In this document: piece by piece, positions 37,094 to 50,900 of the stretch
Layout of the letters: every line of letters begins with the position of its first letter
How positions within the stretch are numbered: the stretch's first letter is position 1
Origin: Heteronotia binoei
Lineage: Eukaryota
Assembly (NCBI RefSeq): GCF_032191835.1
Contig: NC_083237.1
Span: forward strand, 21,886,001 to 21,950,000
Length of the DNA: 64,000 bases
Direction of reading: 5' to 3'
The notes under the pieces: model-generated
The model's database searches: none
What the model saw: the letters and a program-made list of their open reading frames with translations, nothing else
Told to the model about the DNA's origin: nothing
Translations under genes and position numbers: made by a program

Positions 37094-38747
37094 GTACAAG
37101 TCATGTGATTGATTCAGAGGGGCATATAAGTGGGCAGGGAGGGGCTGTGGATGGATATAAGTAATAGAGTCTCACCTTGTATGTTCCTGAACGGGTCGAA
37201 TGAAACAAGTGACATTAGGGGTCTGTGCAAGAAAAGGCAACAAATTCTCCTACTTTCTTATTTAGGAAAAAGATTTGAAACACCTTAATTATATTTTTGT
37301 GCTTGTCTATGATGCTTACTCTGATTTCTCAAGGGTCTGCCCACCTTACCATTATTATACTATCTGGCAGGTGATAAGCTGGGATTTACATTTTTTTTTT
37401 TGCATGCCAGTGATAAACTGAAACAGCAGTCTGCTGAGCATGTGCTGATTATTCCTTGGAAACTTCCATGATGTGGGTAACAGTTTGGGGTGGGGGTGGT
37501 TGGCCTGCCTGGCTTTACTAGGAAAGAAGACATGCGGGTGCTTTTTCTCATGGAAGATTCCAAGATTGGTTGGGGGGGTTGGGTTTACTTTTCACCAAGG
37601 AAACTTCCACATGTGGTTTCTAGCTGGGGTGGTGCTTTTCTATTGCTGAGGGCTGTTGTCCATAATTCAAAAAAGGGGCAAAGGACTGCTCGGCCAATAA
37701 AAGCTATAGCTCTGCTGCAGGAAATCAAGAGAGCAATCAATGGCAAGACATACATGCAAGGTACATTTCACAGTGCATGAACAGATGGTTCATGGGGTGT
37801 TCTTCAGTATAGAGCAACATTGCTACAGTGCAAGGTACGGTTGTCAACTCCTGGTTGGATAGTTCCTGAAGATTTTGGGGGTGGAGCCTGGGAATACCAG
37901 GGTTTGGGAAGGAGAGAGACCTCAGCAGTGTACAGTGCTACAGCATCCACCCTTCCATATGGGTTTTCTCAGAAACTGGATTGAATCTAGGCATGGGTGT
38001 TTTGGAGAGGCTGAAGGAGCCAAGGAAGACTTGGAAGCTGGAGTTTGAGATACAGGATGAAATGCAATCAGAAAGCACTGATCTATTTGGCAGTGGCAGC
38101 AGATTCCTTCCTAGTATCTATACAGACCTAGCCAATCATGCCACCTTGACAGCAGTAGCCAGGAGGATGGGGTATAAATGTTTTAAATAATCCAGAGGCT
38201 TCATGCTGCCTGCCAAACACAGGGGTGATATTGGACAGAGTAAGTGTCCATGAGTTCTTGCATGGCACAGTTTGTTTGACAGTATCCCTCCTAAGACCCC
38301 CAGTGCTACTCCCCATTCCTGGCAGCCTCTGACCCAGGGATGCCATTTGCTAGCTTATAGCAGAAGGCCTCTCGCTGTTGGGAAGCTCCCTCTCACGCTT
38401 GTTCCTCTGAGCAGTGGGAGAAAGGTCCAGGTCAGAAATTATATCAGGTGACACGTGATGTCATGTCTACCTGAAAACCTGGATGTAAGCAAGTTAGACG
38501 ACTCTTCTATTGATGGGGGTGCCTATCTATTGTCCATAATTCAAAAAAGGGGCAAAGGACTGCTCAGCCAATTAAAAATACAACTCTGCTGTAGGAAATC
38601 AAGAGGGCAATCAATGGCAAGGCACATATGCACGGTACAATTCACAGTGCTTGAACAAATGGTTCATGGAGTGTTCATGGAGATCCAGTATCCTTGCACT
38701 GACCCCATGGAAACCATGGTGAGTAATTCTGTGTTCTTTTTTTATAG

Positions 38748-38996
38748 AGAAAACTATTGTCTATGAAAACCAGTTGGAGCTGATACGCTGCGTCTCTAAT
38801 GTACCTGAAGTCTTGCATGAATTGGTTGGTGATGTTTTGAACAGGGCTCAATACAAAGACATTATGTGTGAGCCCACAGATGTGTTAAGGATGCAGAAGT
38901 TGTTTGAGGAGGTGTTGATAAGGAATGAGAGATATCAAGTCTGTTTCTACCTGGTGCTACAGAAGACAAACCGGGGTCTTACGAACAAACTGTTTG
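38748..38996 (+). CDS. Gene B CARD exon 1 (most divergent)
   Basis: ttttatag|AG AAA ... TTT G|gtaagc; 249 nt, phase 1-1; KTIVYENQLELIRCVSNVPEVLHELVGDVLNRAQY...RMQKLF. Confidence 0.78.
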
Positions 38997-41900
38997 GTAA
39001 GCCAATGTGTGAGTTTGAAATAGATTTAAAAAATGAATGCAAGAAAATAAAGGCTTCATGTTCAGCTAAATAATCTTCCTCCCCAAAATCAGCTTTTCTG
39101 GTTTTGGGCTATGCAGTCCATGAACTGTATTATCTCTTAATTTATTTATTATTTATGTATTTTTGCCCTTCCCGGAAAAGGACTCAGGGCAGATCACAAC
39201 AGATAATAGGCAACACTATATAAACACATTAATAGGCAGTTAAAGCAAATTTTAAAACATAATTTAAATTTATATTAGATCTTGCTCAAGACTAAATGGA
39301 CTTCCCTAGGGCCAGGAATAGTCAGCAGATCATGATTAGCAGAGAACAGAGCTCATATGGAGAGAGGTGGTCCCTCAGGTATGTTGGTCCCAGGCTGCAC
39401 AAGGCTTCAAAGGTCAGTACCAGTGCCTTGAAGCAGATCCAGTAATAGGTAGTCACTGCAGTTGGCGTAGGGCTGTGCCTGCACAGGCAGCAGGTGTGCT
39501 GCCACATCTTGCATGAACTGGAGTTTCCAAATCAACCACAAGGGCAAGACTGAGTAAAGCAAGTTACAGTAATCAAACCTGGAAGTGCCCTTTGCATGGG
39601 TTACTGTAGCCAAGTCCGGAGACAGGTAGGGAGCCAACTGCCTGATATGCTGAAGGTGATAAAAGGTGGACCTGGCAACTGTGGCGACTTTGGCCGCTGT
39701 AGAAACTGAGGCATCCAAGACCACCCCCAGGCTCCTCACTCTCTGGGCTGGCAGAAGTAATGTGCCATCCAAGGTAGGGAGCCTGATTCCTGACTCAGCC
39801 CCACCCCCCTCAGATACAGGACCTCTGTCTTCAATGGATTAAGTTTCAGCCAACTCTGCTGCAGCCTCCAGTGCCGTGGTCAGATTTTCTGGATCGGAGA
39901 AAGAGCTGGGTGTAATTAGCATACTGGTGGCAACCCAGTTCAAACTCTCAGACCAGCTGGGCAAGAGGGCACATATAGATGCTGAATTACATTAGACTAG
40001 AGAATCACCCCTGCGGCACTCCACATTAAAGTGGGTATCGTGGGGAGACTCCCTCACTAAGTGCCACCCTTTGTCCCCAATAGCGGAGAAAGGAGGAAAG
40101 TCATTGTAAGGCAGACCCCTGAACTCCTATCTCAGCAAGGCGGTGGGTCAAAAAATCATAGTCAACCATGTTGAACTTTGCTGTCAAATCTAAAAGTAGC
40201 AGCAGAGCTGCCCCACCCCGCCTCAGGACCACCCATCCTTGTTGCTCAGATCTTGACAGCAACCACGGTTTTTACTCTTGATATGACTCAGATCCTACTG
40301 CCCTTCAAGCAGGCTGTTCACATGCCATCCAAGTCTCTTTCTGTCCCTTCAGACTTCTTGGAATCCAAATCCACCCATCAGGGCTTGAGCACCTCGTACT
40401 AAGCTGGTCACTATTCTGGTTGTGAGGTTTCCATCACCTCCACCTGTCAGCAGCATCCATATAGCTGCTTGAGGTTGACAGTCAATCCCTTGATTCCCAA
40501 TTGCCATCCTACCGTGAGGGTCATTGGGATCAGGCATGAGAGAGATACTCATTGGAGTCAAGGTTTCCCTCTCCTCACCACCATTATTTGCACCACCATC
40601 AATCAAAGCATTTCTGATCTCAGTCTCCATCTTGACCCACTCATAGACCCCCATGGTGATTCCCACCAATGTATAGCTCTTCTAAGAGATAAAGGTAATT
40701 AGTGCTACCCAGAGGTCTTTCTGTTATACTTCTTTAAGGATTACTCCCCAAGTTTATCCGCAGAGAGACAATGGCTTTGATGCAGCAGTGGGCAAGTGGA
40801 ACTATAAACAGACTTAGCTCAGTTCTACTTGCCTTAGAGCTTGTGCAGCATCTAGGGCTTTCCTTCCTATGTGTTATAGTGTTCCAAAAATTGTTTGCAC
40901 AAGAGCCTGTGCAAGTGGAAATGCAAATGGGGGTACAATATATCTTACTTAGCACAAGTGGCTACCACTATCCTTTTTATGAGTTTTTACTTGCACAAGA
41001 ACTCTAGCACAAGTGGAAGTTCTGCGCTAGATCCAACCCATGGGACATGCTGGGTTGAGATTAAGCTGGACTCACAGTTTGCAGTTCTAGTTGAGTGGTA
41101 CAGATCCAAATCCTATGAGAACATTTATCTGTAACTTTTCTAATATTTTGCTTCCTAGGAGGACATTTTTTGGAACGGCACCAAAAAAAACTGATTGAAA
41201 AAGTCTCTAGGATGGGCATTGTATTACCTCGACTATTAGGTTTTGTCCTGAATGATGATGACTATCACTGCATTGGGACTGAGAAGACAGATGCGGGCAA
41301 GATGGCGAAGTTATTTGAGTTGATGCCAGGATGGGACAGAGCACAGAAGGATCAACTCTACCAGGAGCTGATTGAAACAAATGGGCTTCTTATCACATCC
41401 CTTGAGGGTAAAATGAATAGCATGAGAAAAACCTTACCATCACTGGGTGGATAGATTTCCATGTGACAGTGGTAATTTACTGTGGCACACATGTTATGAC
41501 TTGGGAAGCTGGCTGCATTGGTGGCTACAGATCACTCATTTCATCACATGTTTGTACCTGGTGTGCAGTAAAATCCTCCTAAGGAAGGAGAAAAAATTAT
41601 TTGGGGGTATTGCATTGAATCCAGTAATTTGCAGCCATTGATTGTTTCAGATCATTCCCACCTTCTCCTCCTCCCCAGCAGCCCCTTCTAAGCACCCCAT
41701 GAAGGCTGCACAACAGTAATGTGCATGAGTGTGTAACCCAAAGACCTTCCTGTTTGCAATAGCACACCCGGGTGTCTATTAGCCTACCCACTCAGTCCCT
41801 TCCTGCTCTGAGCTGCAAGATAAAAGGTGAACTAGGAATGAGGAGTGGGTGGGAACTGAGTCCAATCTGCCAAACTCACAAACAGACGTAGCTGTAGAGC

Positions 41901-44900
41901 AATCCACATGCTTATTCAACAGCACCAGGAACCTGGCAAGCTGGTCAGATTAATGGGAATGCCATCTCTCTCCTTCCAGCGAGCTTCCTGTGCCTTTGCA
42001 AGGAGTACTAAAAGACTACATGGCCATGAGAGGGGCATGGGTATTGGGGGGTCAAGCTATTTTTGAGCAGGTTGTGATGGCGCAGTAGCTAGGTGAGACT
42101 GAGATAGTTCGCAGCCCCCACAATAGAGCAGTAAGATGGCCTTGGTCACAGAAGCCATACATCCTGTTGTAGACTGAGCAGATGGGTGACAATTGACTTG
42201 GGAACGGGGTTCTTCCTGGGCCTTCACTTCATGAATGGCTGCCTGTTGAGGGTCCAGAGACACACAAAGGCAGGAATTGGGCTCCAAAGTTCTCTGCGTG
42301 GTGCTCAGGCAGGGTCTGCACCTCTCTTCTATCATGGGTGATGGATGGGGTAGCTATAGCTTGTTGGAGGATTATGTAACAGCTTAAAAACAAGGGGTAT
42401 TTTTTTCCAGCCAAAGCAGAAGAGTATGAAAGACAACCAGAAGTGTATGAGGCTTACAGTTCTCCATTCATGTCTAACGGTAAGGACAGAAGTCTGTACA
42501 ATAAGATCTTTGACCATCAGCGTGTTGTGCTAACAGACCATTGGATTCTCCCATTGTTCTAGTCTTCTGTTGATGGATGGGGATAGCAATGGCCTTGTTG
42601 GAAGATCATGTATGTTATTGTTTAAAAACAAGGGGATTTGTATACCCAGCCATGGAATGGATGGCACATTTACAAAACCAACACATGATAAATTGGATGG
42701 ATTTGAATAATGCATCTATGTTTGACAATAAGGACATAAGCACAACATACAAAATTTCCCCATTCACAAGAAGTAAGCTCCTACTCTATTGCAGCATTAG
42801 CTGATATTCTAAAAGACGTTAATGAGACAGTGTACTGGATTGGATCCAGGAATCTGCAGGAGCCGACAGTCACAGATCTTCACTTCCCCCACTTCCAGCT
42901 CTCCAGGATCTAAGGCTGAAGTCTTTCACATCACCTACAACCTGATTCCTTTATGCAGGGGTTGTTTTTTAGAAAAAAAGGTGGTGGAACTCATCCAGGG
43001 ATTATTATCCAGCTGCACATACTATTAAATGGACAAGGAAGTGGAACTCTCAGAGGAGGAGGAACTCTCAGAAAGGTTCAGGAGCTGAGCTCCTGTGAGC
43101 CCTCACTGAATCTGAGGCCTGCCTTTAGGTAGAGACACTGAGGAGTGAACCTGGCATCTTCTGCATACCAAAAGATGCTCCACTACTGAGCCATAACCCT
43201 TTCCAGAAGGGTATTTATTATTAATGTTACAAAGTGTGAGGCAGAGAAATGAGATCCACCTGGAAATTGATACTCTACTAATCCAGTGAAAAATGAATGG
43301 GAACCCCTCCCCTTGGAGTATGTGCAACATTGTTTTCCCACCTAAATCAACTGAGAGAGCACACCTTCATTCCCTCAGTTTATTCTTCACCAACATTTCA
43401 TGAAGATCGTTACTGTATAGCTCCATCCGTGAGTTTTTTCATGTGGAGATTTTCTTTTTCAGAACTCTCTGAAGAATTGCCTTTGAGACCATACTGCCAC
43501 TTCTGAAAAAACCCTTTCCAAAAAATGTCCCAAGTCTGGATGGGAACCTACAGAACCACCACCAAAGGTCCTTTGGGTTGAGCATCCTGTTTCCCAGAGT
43601 ACAGCCCCAGCAAACCCACAAGCAGGGCAGGACACCCTGGTTCAAATCTGCATTGTGAACTTATGGTTTCTGTTTTGGAACTGTTTATTTATTTAAGGCA
43701 TGATGCAGCCACATTTGAACACTTATAATGCCATCAATGGATGGGACTTGAAAATACTTTTCTATATTTATTCAACACACTTTTATCTTCCTGTAAGGAG
43801 CTCAAGACAGCGGACATAATTTTTCCTGTCCTCCATTTTGTCAGTGCAACAGCCCTGAGAGGTAGGCTAGGCTGAGAGAGGAAGACAGACTCAAGGCCAG
43901 GCAGCAAGTGTCATAGCCAGTGGGGCATTGAATCTGGGTTTCCACACACTCAGTCCAATGCTTTGACCACTATACTACACCCAAATCTCTTTGGCTGGAT
44001 TTTGGCCTTGCATAGACAAAACTGTATCATGGAGTTGAATGCCCTTATGGAGGATTAAAAAGGGAAGAGCTGTGTTGGTTTTACAATCTCCAATGTGCAT
44101 GAACTACTGGATGTATTTTATCATATTTTTTTTCCCTAGGGGAACATTTTGTTGAGAGGCACCAAGAAGAACTGATTCGCTGTGCTGTAGGCGTGGATGT
44201 TATAGTAGAATCTCTGGAGATCTGTGCTGTGATAACATTTAATCAAATGCAAGACATCGGAGGTACCAGTCAACAACGAATGCAGAAACTGTATAAATTG
44301 ATGCCAAAGTGGACAACTTCCCAAAAGGATCAGATGTGTGAAATCCTGAGATGCACAAACAGACGACTTCTTATGCAACTTGAAGGTAAATTAACTGAAG
44401 AGTGTCTATACATCCCTAGGCGATTGCATCCTCTATCCAGACTGGAAAAAAGCCTGTTGCCAGTTCCTTGTCTACCAATATGCAACCTGGGCTCCTCCAG
44501 GGGCCCCCACAGCACTAGCTAACATGCAGAGAGTGTGTGGGATCTTGTGATTTCCCCAGGCTGTACTTGTCGACAGTTAAACATACCTTCACTTTGCAAA
44601 ATCATTGAGAGAAAAGTAGGCATTTTTCCTTTAACTCTGAGGTCCTACCGCTGTCTGACCCATGATAAAAAGCAAAGACAAAAAATCAGGATGGATACTA
44701 CCATGTTATTTATTTTTAAGTATATCCCAGTTTTCCTTCCAAAGGGAACCAGAGTCTCACAACAACAAAGCAAAAATACAGCATAAAACGAACAAAGCCT
44801 TTATAGTTTCTGGAGTTAAAAGCTATACTTTGCAGTAGATTTCTGTAATTGTGCTATTTTTTTCTACGAAGCATGCTTCAAAGGTATGGTACAAAAGTAC

Positions 44901-47900
44901 TGTGTAACTAGCAGTTCTGGGTGGAAGTGGCGTAATAAGAAAATGAAAATGAAAAACTACAAACTGCATTTGCAGGGAATGATGTATGGAAGAAGAGGTA
45001 TGTGTTGATAGCATAATGATGGCTAAGGTAAGAGAGAATTATATAACCCTTGTTTTCTCTCCTACTGTTTGCTATCTCTGACTGCTTTTTACTATCTGCT
45101 TGTATCACAGTATTCTAAAATTAAGGCACTACATTTAGGGATAATTATTTATAATTCACCCAGCTCACTAAGATATGCAATATAAGAACAGCCCTGGTGG
45201 GTCAGACCAATTGTCCATCTAGGCCAGCATCCTGTCTCACACAGTGGTCAGCCAGTTCTTCTGGAGGGCCAACCATAGGGCATAGAGGCTGAGGCCTTCA
45301 CTGTTGTCGCCTCCTGACTCTGGGATTCTGAGGATTACTGCATCTGAATGTGGGAGTTTCCCTCAGTCATGATAAACAGTCGGTTTTTTCTCCATTGGAC
45401 CTGTGATATGTAAAATTGTGTAGAATATGCTTGTATTGTCTATATAAACCAAAATGGTAATAACAAATAAACTATGTCTTGGGCTGATTGGGACTCAATA
45501 GCTGGTTCACTGGCAAGCCACAGGCTAAGGGCTGAAGGGACAACATATATCCTTTTTCTCAGGGGGCTTTGTTTTGCATCCAAGGCTTCATGGCTGTGGA
45601 CGTGCCCAAATTTTATAGTACCTATGTGGAAAGGAAGGCACATTTAGTCCAGATGGATCTCAGCTACTGTTGACTTTCTGTCTTACATTCATATTCATTT
45701 TTTTTATTCTAAAAACTTTTATCCTGCTTTTCTGCTCTGATCAGAGCCACCAAGGTGGCTAACAGATTAAAAACACATAATAAAAACAGATCTTAAAAAC
45801 CATTTAAAAAACTACTTCAGACCAAGCAACAATACACATACATAAAAACAACAATTAAATCGTAGGGCAGGAATGGTGGATCACTAAGGAAACCAGAAAA
45901 AATGAAAAAGTCCACTGGCAGTAAAAGGGGACCGATGAGTCTCCCTGGAGAGAGGGCTCCAGAGATTGATGCTGCAACCGTGAATACCCTCTACTGGGTT
46001 GCCACCTGCCTAATCTCAGAAGGTGGAAGCGCCCAAAGTACCCAAAGATGAATATAGTGGTTGGGTGGGTTTGTAAGGAAGTTGGCGGTCTTTCAGGTAA
46101 GCTAGTCCCAATCCATATAGGGCTTTCAAGCACAGTACCATTACCTTGAGTTGATTGGAAACTCATGTAGATGGGCCAAGAGTAGAGTGATATGGTCCTT
46201 AAAACCAACTCCAGTCAATTTCCTGTCTGCAGCAATCTGTACCAACCGAAGTTTCCAAACACTTTTCAAGGGCATCTGCATGCAGAGTGCATGTATTATA
46301 TGTACTGTTACCCAACTCAGTCACAATCAGTTGGCTTATGCTGGTATCCATCCTGTACACTGAAAGCAAAGAATAAGAATACACTGAGGAATAGGTTTGT
46401 TTCAGAACTCTCCACCAGGACCACCTCTCCTTGCTTCAGGAACAGAGAAATTTTTCCACAGTGTGTGCTCCAGGCTGTCTTCATAGTTTACACAAGGATT
46501 GACAGCTTTTTAGAGACAGTTGCTTTGTGTCAGCTGGTGTCCCTGTCATGACCCTCATTTTAAAGCCTGCAAGTTGAGATGGGTCAGCACCATATTCCCT
46601 GAGCATGCTAAAACCTATGAATGATGTTTTCATATATCCCTTTTCCCAGGGGGCCATTTTGTGGACAGACATCTGGAGGAGCTCATCGAACAAGTGACAG
46701 TGGTTCCCCTAAACCTAAACCTGCTTCTTAGGTTGGCACTGGATGAGGTGCAAGATGTGACTGACTCGCAATGCACCACAGAGAAGATGCAAATGAAAGC
46801 CCTGTTCCAGATGGTGCAGGAGTTGAAGAGGCAGCAGAAAGATGAGCTGTACCAAGACTTGGTGGAAACAAATCCAAATGTTGTCAAAGTTCTAGAGGGT
46901 AAGTTTAGAGGCAGCCTTCACTGCTGTGTCTTTCTGAAGCTTAATTTCATTGGAACAACACTTGAGGTGAACAAAAAACTCTGCCTTGTACTGATTCTAA
47001 CCATCTGCTTTTAACAGGTAGCACTTTTCCTGGATCTTAGCAGGGGTAAGGAAAACTTTCTGTTGATGGACAGAATCCAGGCTGGGTTGGTCTTCTCAGT
47101 TTCTCTGCAGCCAGAACACACACAAATCAGCAGTGTGTTTCTTCCAGCAAGTGGAGGAAGGACGCAGGTGGAGGAAAGAGGCTCTAGTGCTGTCTGCTCC
47201 ACAGCTCGATGTTCTGAGATTCTCTCCTCCACTTTTAAATTCCCCATCTCTAGTTATTTCCCTTTTGAATCTTTTCTCCTTGTCTAATGTCATCATCTTG
47301 ACCAAAGCATGATTAACAGGTACCAATAGAAGAAATCTACAAGGCGGCAATGTGGATATCCATTTCTATTTTTCTTCATCGTTTCAAAATTAATAGTAAT
47401 GTATCTGCTAAGTTAATTTGAGAATGAATGAGCTTCAGCAAGTCCGATCACCCTGACCCTTTTTCATTGGATTGAGTTGCTCAACCCATCTAGAGTGTGG
47501 ACCCTGGGTTGGATCCAAGCTGCTGTTTTTCAGCATTCTCAGATCCACCACCAGAGAGCAGAACACTGGAATTTCTTATTAGTGGATGGAGGGAATTGAG
47601 CTCCACACAGAATTCTTTTGTTAGCAGCACTGCCCTGAACTGAAAAGTTAGCCTGATAGCAATTCTTCCTGAGCTAGCTGGCTTTTTTCAGCCTGTTTTT
47701 CTCATGCTAAAATATTTGCACAGTTTGCAGTGTACAGTTTTAGTTAGCATATGGTGATACTTCCATTACATGTCCCAGAACTGGGCTAAATATGAAACTA
47801 ATTTACATAACCCTATCGACAGACCTAGTGAGAACATTCACTCACTCCAGGACATACTCCATCCATTAAGTAAACTTCTGTGGTTAGTCCTACATTCTTT

Positions 47901-50900
47901 CCTGAAAATACAACAACTGAAGTTGTGATATGTTTCTTGCCAGAGGAACACTTTATCGAAAAACATGAGGAAGAAGTGATTTGGCGAACCTGTAGGGTCA
48001 ACACTGTCTTGCGGTGGCTCCATGATCCACATTTGCAGTGGATCACAGAGGATCAACATTCCTTGATAAAGGCAGATTCAGACCATCAGAAAATGCGTGA
48101 CTTGTACAAGCTGGTGCCAAAATGGAATAGGAAGCAGAAGGACCATCTTTACGCTGTGCTGAAGAAAACAAATGGACCCCTGATTGCTGACCTTGAAGGT
48201 AACATGATCTCTTCGTAATGTTGATTGAGGAGCTGACAAACTTTGGACAGGGCCTAGGCCTGGTGGTTCTTCCTTGTGCCTTGCGTGAAACTGTTGGAGC
48301 AACAACAGTGGTTGGCATAGTGAGTTGTGGGTGAGGTGGCAACTGGTGGGAGGTTTGGGGGCAGGGAAATGGGGACCATAATGACACATATGTCACTTCA
48401 AGTGGAAACATGTACATGACATAGGATAGCTGTAGGAATCAGGAATTCTTAGAGCTACCCTCTATCACTTCTGGGTTTTTACTGGAAATGACTAGTTTTT
48501 CAAATTTTTCTTTTATTGCCACTTGGAGTAGCAGTGGGCAACTGAATCTTGGGGTGGGGGATCCCCTGCTCCAATCAGGGGACTGGCAAGCTCCAATCAG
48601 AGGACTATTCTGTTCTGTAGTCAGGGCTTGCTAGGCTGTGCTTTTAGGTTTGTAAAAGGTAGTCCCCTGTGCAAGCACCAGTCATTTCCAACTCTGGGGT
48701 GACGTTGCTTTCACAACGTTTTCATGGCAGACTTTTACAAGTCTTTTTCAAGGCAGACTGCCTTCCCCAGTCATCTACATTTCCCCCCCAGCAAGCTGGG
48801 TACTCATTTTACCGACTTCAGAAGGATGGAAGGCTGAGTCGACCTGATCTGGTTACCTGAAACCAGCTTCCGCCTGGATCGAACTCAGGTCGTGAGCAGA
48901 GGGTTCAGACTGCAGTACTGCAGCATTACCACTCTGCGCCACGGTTTGTAGGATACCCCAAAATCACTCATGATAAATATAGGATGTTAACCAAGATGGT
49001 GGCTCCATAGCAAGGCAATGATAGACTTGCAGCATCCCTCACTCTGAAGAACCAAGATCCCTGGCAGTCTTTTTGAAACATCATTTCCTGGGGCATAAAT
49101 GCTGGTCACATGTCTACACCATTTCCTGTGAACCAGTGAGATCCAAAGACCATGAGGCATGCCTAGCTTAATTGCTAGCAAATACCAGCATCTTTACATG
49201 GGATTCTTTTCCACAGGTAGGCTTATTACTACCTTCAGCATTATCTTTAGCCGTGCTCTACTGGAACTGGGGCTAATTGGCTGAGATTTAGCTGTGTGGA
49301 CCTGAGACGTGTGATAGAATGAAAAAGGGCAAATAGAAGAAATTCACAGGGTTCTGTAAAGATTTGATATCTCCTCACCATGCATATCCCAGCCACCCAA
49401 TTCACTACATAGTTGGGATTCAGATGTGGGAGTAGTTGCCTGAATGATTATATTTGCCTTGAAACCGTCCAAGGGCCAGATGTCTGGTATTTCTCTTTTC
49501 TCAGAGGGGCACTTTGTTGAGAGGCACAAGGAGTACTTGATGAAAAGCATCACTGGAGTAAGAACAGTTGCATCCTCGTTAAGGAAACAGTTTACAATCA
49601 CCCATCGTCTGTATGCTGGCATCTTGAGGAAGGACACAACCAAGGAAATAATGGAGGCGATCTATGAAATGGTGCCAAGCTGGAATGGAGAACAGAAGAA
49701 TAATCTATACCGGGCATTCAGGAGGCAAAATGCATCCCTGATCAAGGAACTTGAGAGTAAGTGTGAGGACTCCCAACTCACAGCTATGACTGAGGCACTG
49801 ATTGGCATCTTCATTTGCACAGTCGCCATTTAGAGTATGAAGCGAAGATGCCTCACAATTCCTTCGCTACACAAAGCAAAAATCATAAGTAGCAGAAGTA
49901 CTTTCTCAGTCATGCCTATGTCTGTCTGTGTGTCTGTCTGTCTCTCTCTCTCTCATCCACACCCCAACATTCACCAATTGACATGGAAGATACTGTATAT
50001 AACAATATTGCCTTACTGTTTAAATATGAAAACGAATAATTTAAATCAGCTTGTCCCCACTGCTATGCCACATTTCATTCTGGACAATTAAGGACTCCTA
50101 ACAGCCTCAGCTGCCTGTTTCACAACTTTCTATGTTATGAGTTTGTCTGTATCAGCCTTGGAAGGTGTTCTGTCTGGAAAGTCAGTAAGCTTCAGAACTT
50201 TGATGTGTATTTCATTAGTCAAAAAGTAACAATACTTCAGTTGGTGGGTATATTAATATGTTCATATTGTAATTTCATTGTTGGGAACCTAGCATGCAAA
50301 TCATTATTTGTGTGAATGATTTATTTATTTATTTTATGATTTGTATCCCGCCCTTCCCACAAGTGGCTCAGGGCGGCTCACAACAAGTGATTGAACATAA
50401 TTTAAACTAACATTTAAAATATAAAAATTAAACATTCAAGAATTTAAAACCTAAAAACATTAGACAATACAGCAATGTGCATAACAAAGCTACATGGTAA
50501 GCTACCTATCATTTCCCGTATCAGTTAGATGTAGACTAGGTGTAAGCTAGCCGGAAGAGGGTTGTCTTACAGGCCCTGCGGAACTCAATAAGGTCCCGCA
50601 GGGCCCTCACCTCCTCCGGCAGCTGATTCCACCATGTAGGGGCCATAACAGAGAAGGCCCTGTCCCTAGTTGATTTTAGGCGGGCTTCTTTTGGCCCAGG
50701 GATAGCGAGAAGATTTTGAGTTCCCGACCTCAGCACTCTCTGGGGAACATGTGGGGAGAGACGGTCTTTCAGGTAGGCAGGTCCCAGGCCATATAGGGCT
50801 TTAAAGGTAATGACCAGCACCTTGTACCGAACTCGGTATATTATTGGAAGCCAGTGCAGAGCCCGAAGACCCGCCGAATGTGCCCCCACCTTGGGAGGCC

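Noticed and set aside
38719-38747. ATG|gtgagt donor immediately upstream of the CARD1 acceptor
   Set aside because: It would define a 29-nt intron (too short for vertebrates), and its phase 0 does not match CARD1.
18853-38748. The six CARDs as a C-terminal extension of gene A
   Set aside because: Gene A's CARD ends in TGA with a downstream AATAAA, and a CpG island with a first-exon-like donor intervenes. An AG|GTGAAG just before the stop would be phase 2, incompatible with the phase-1 CARD exons.
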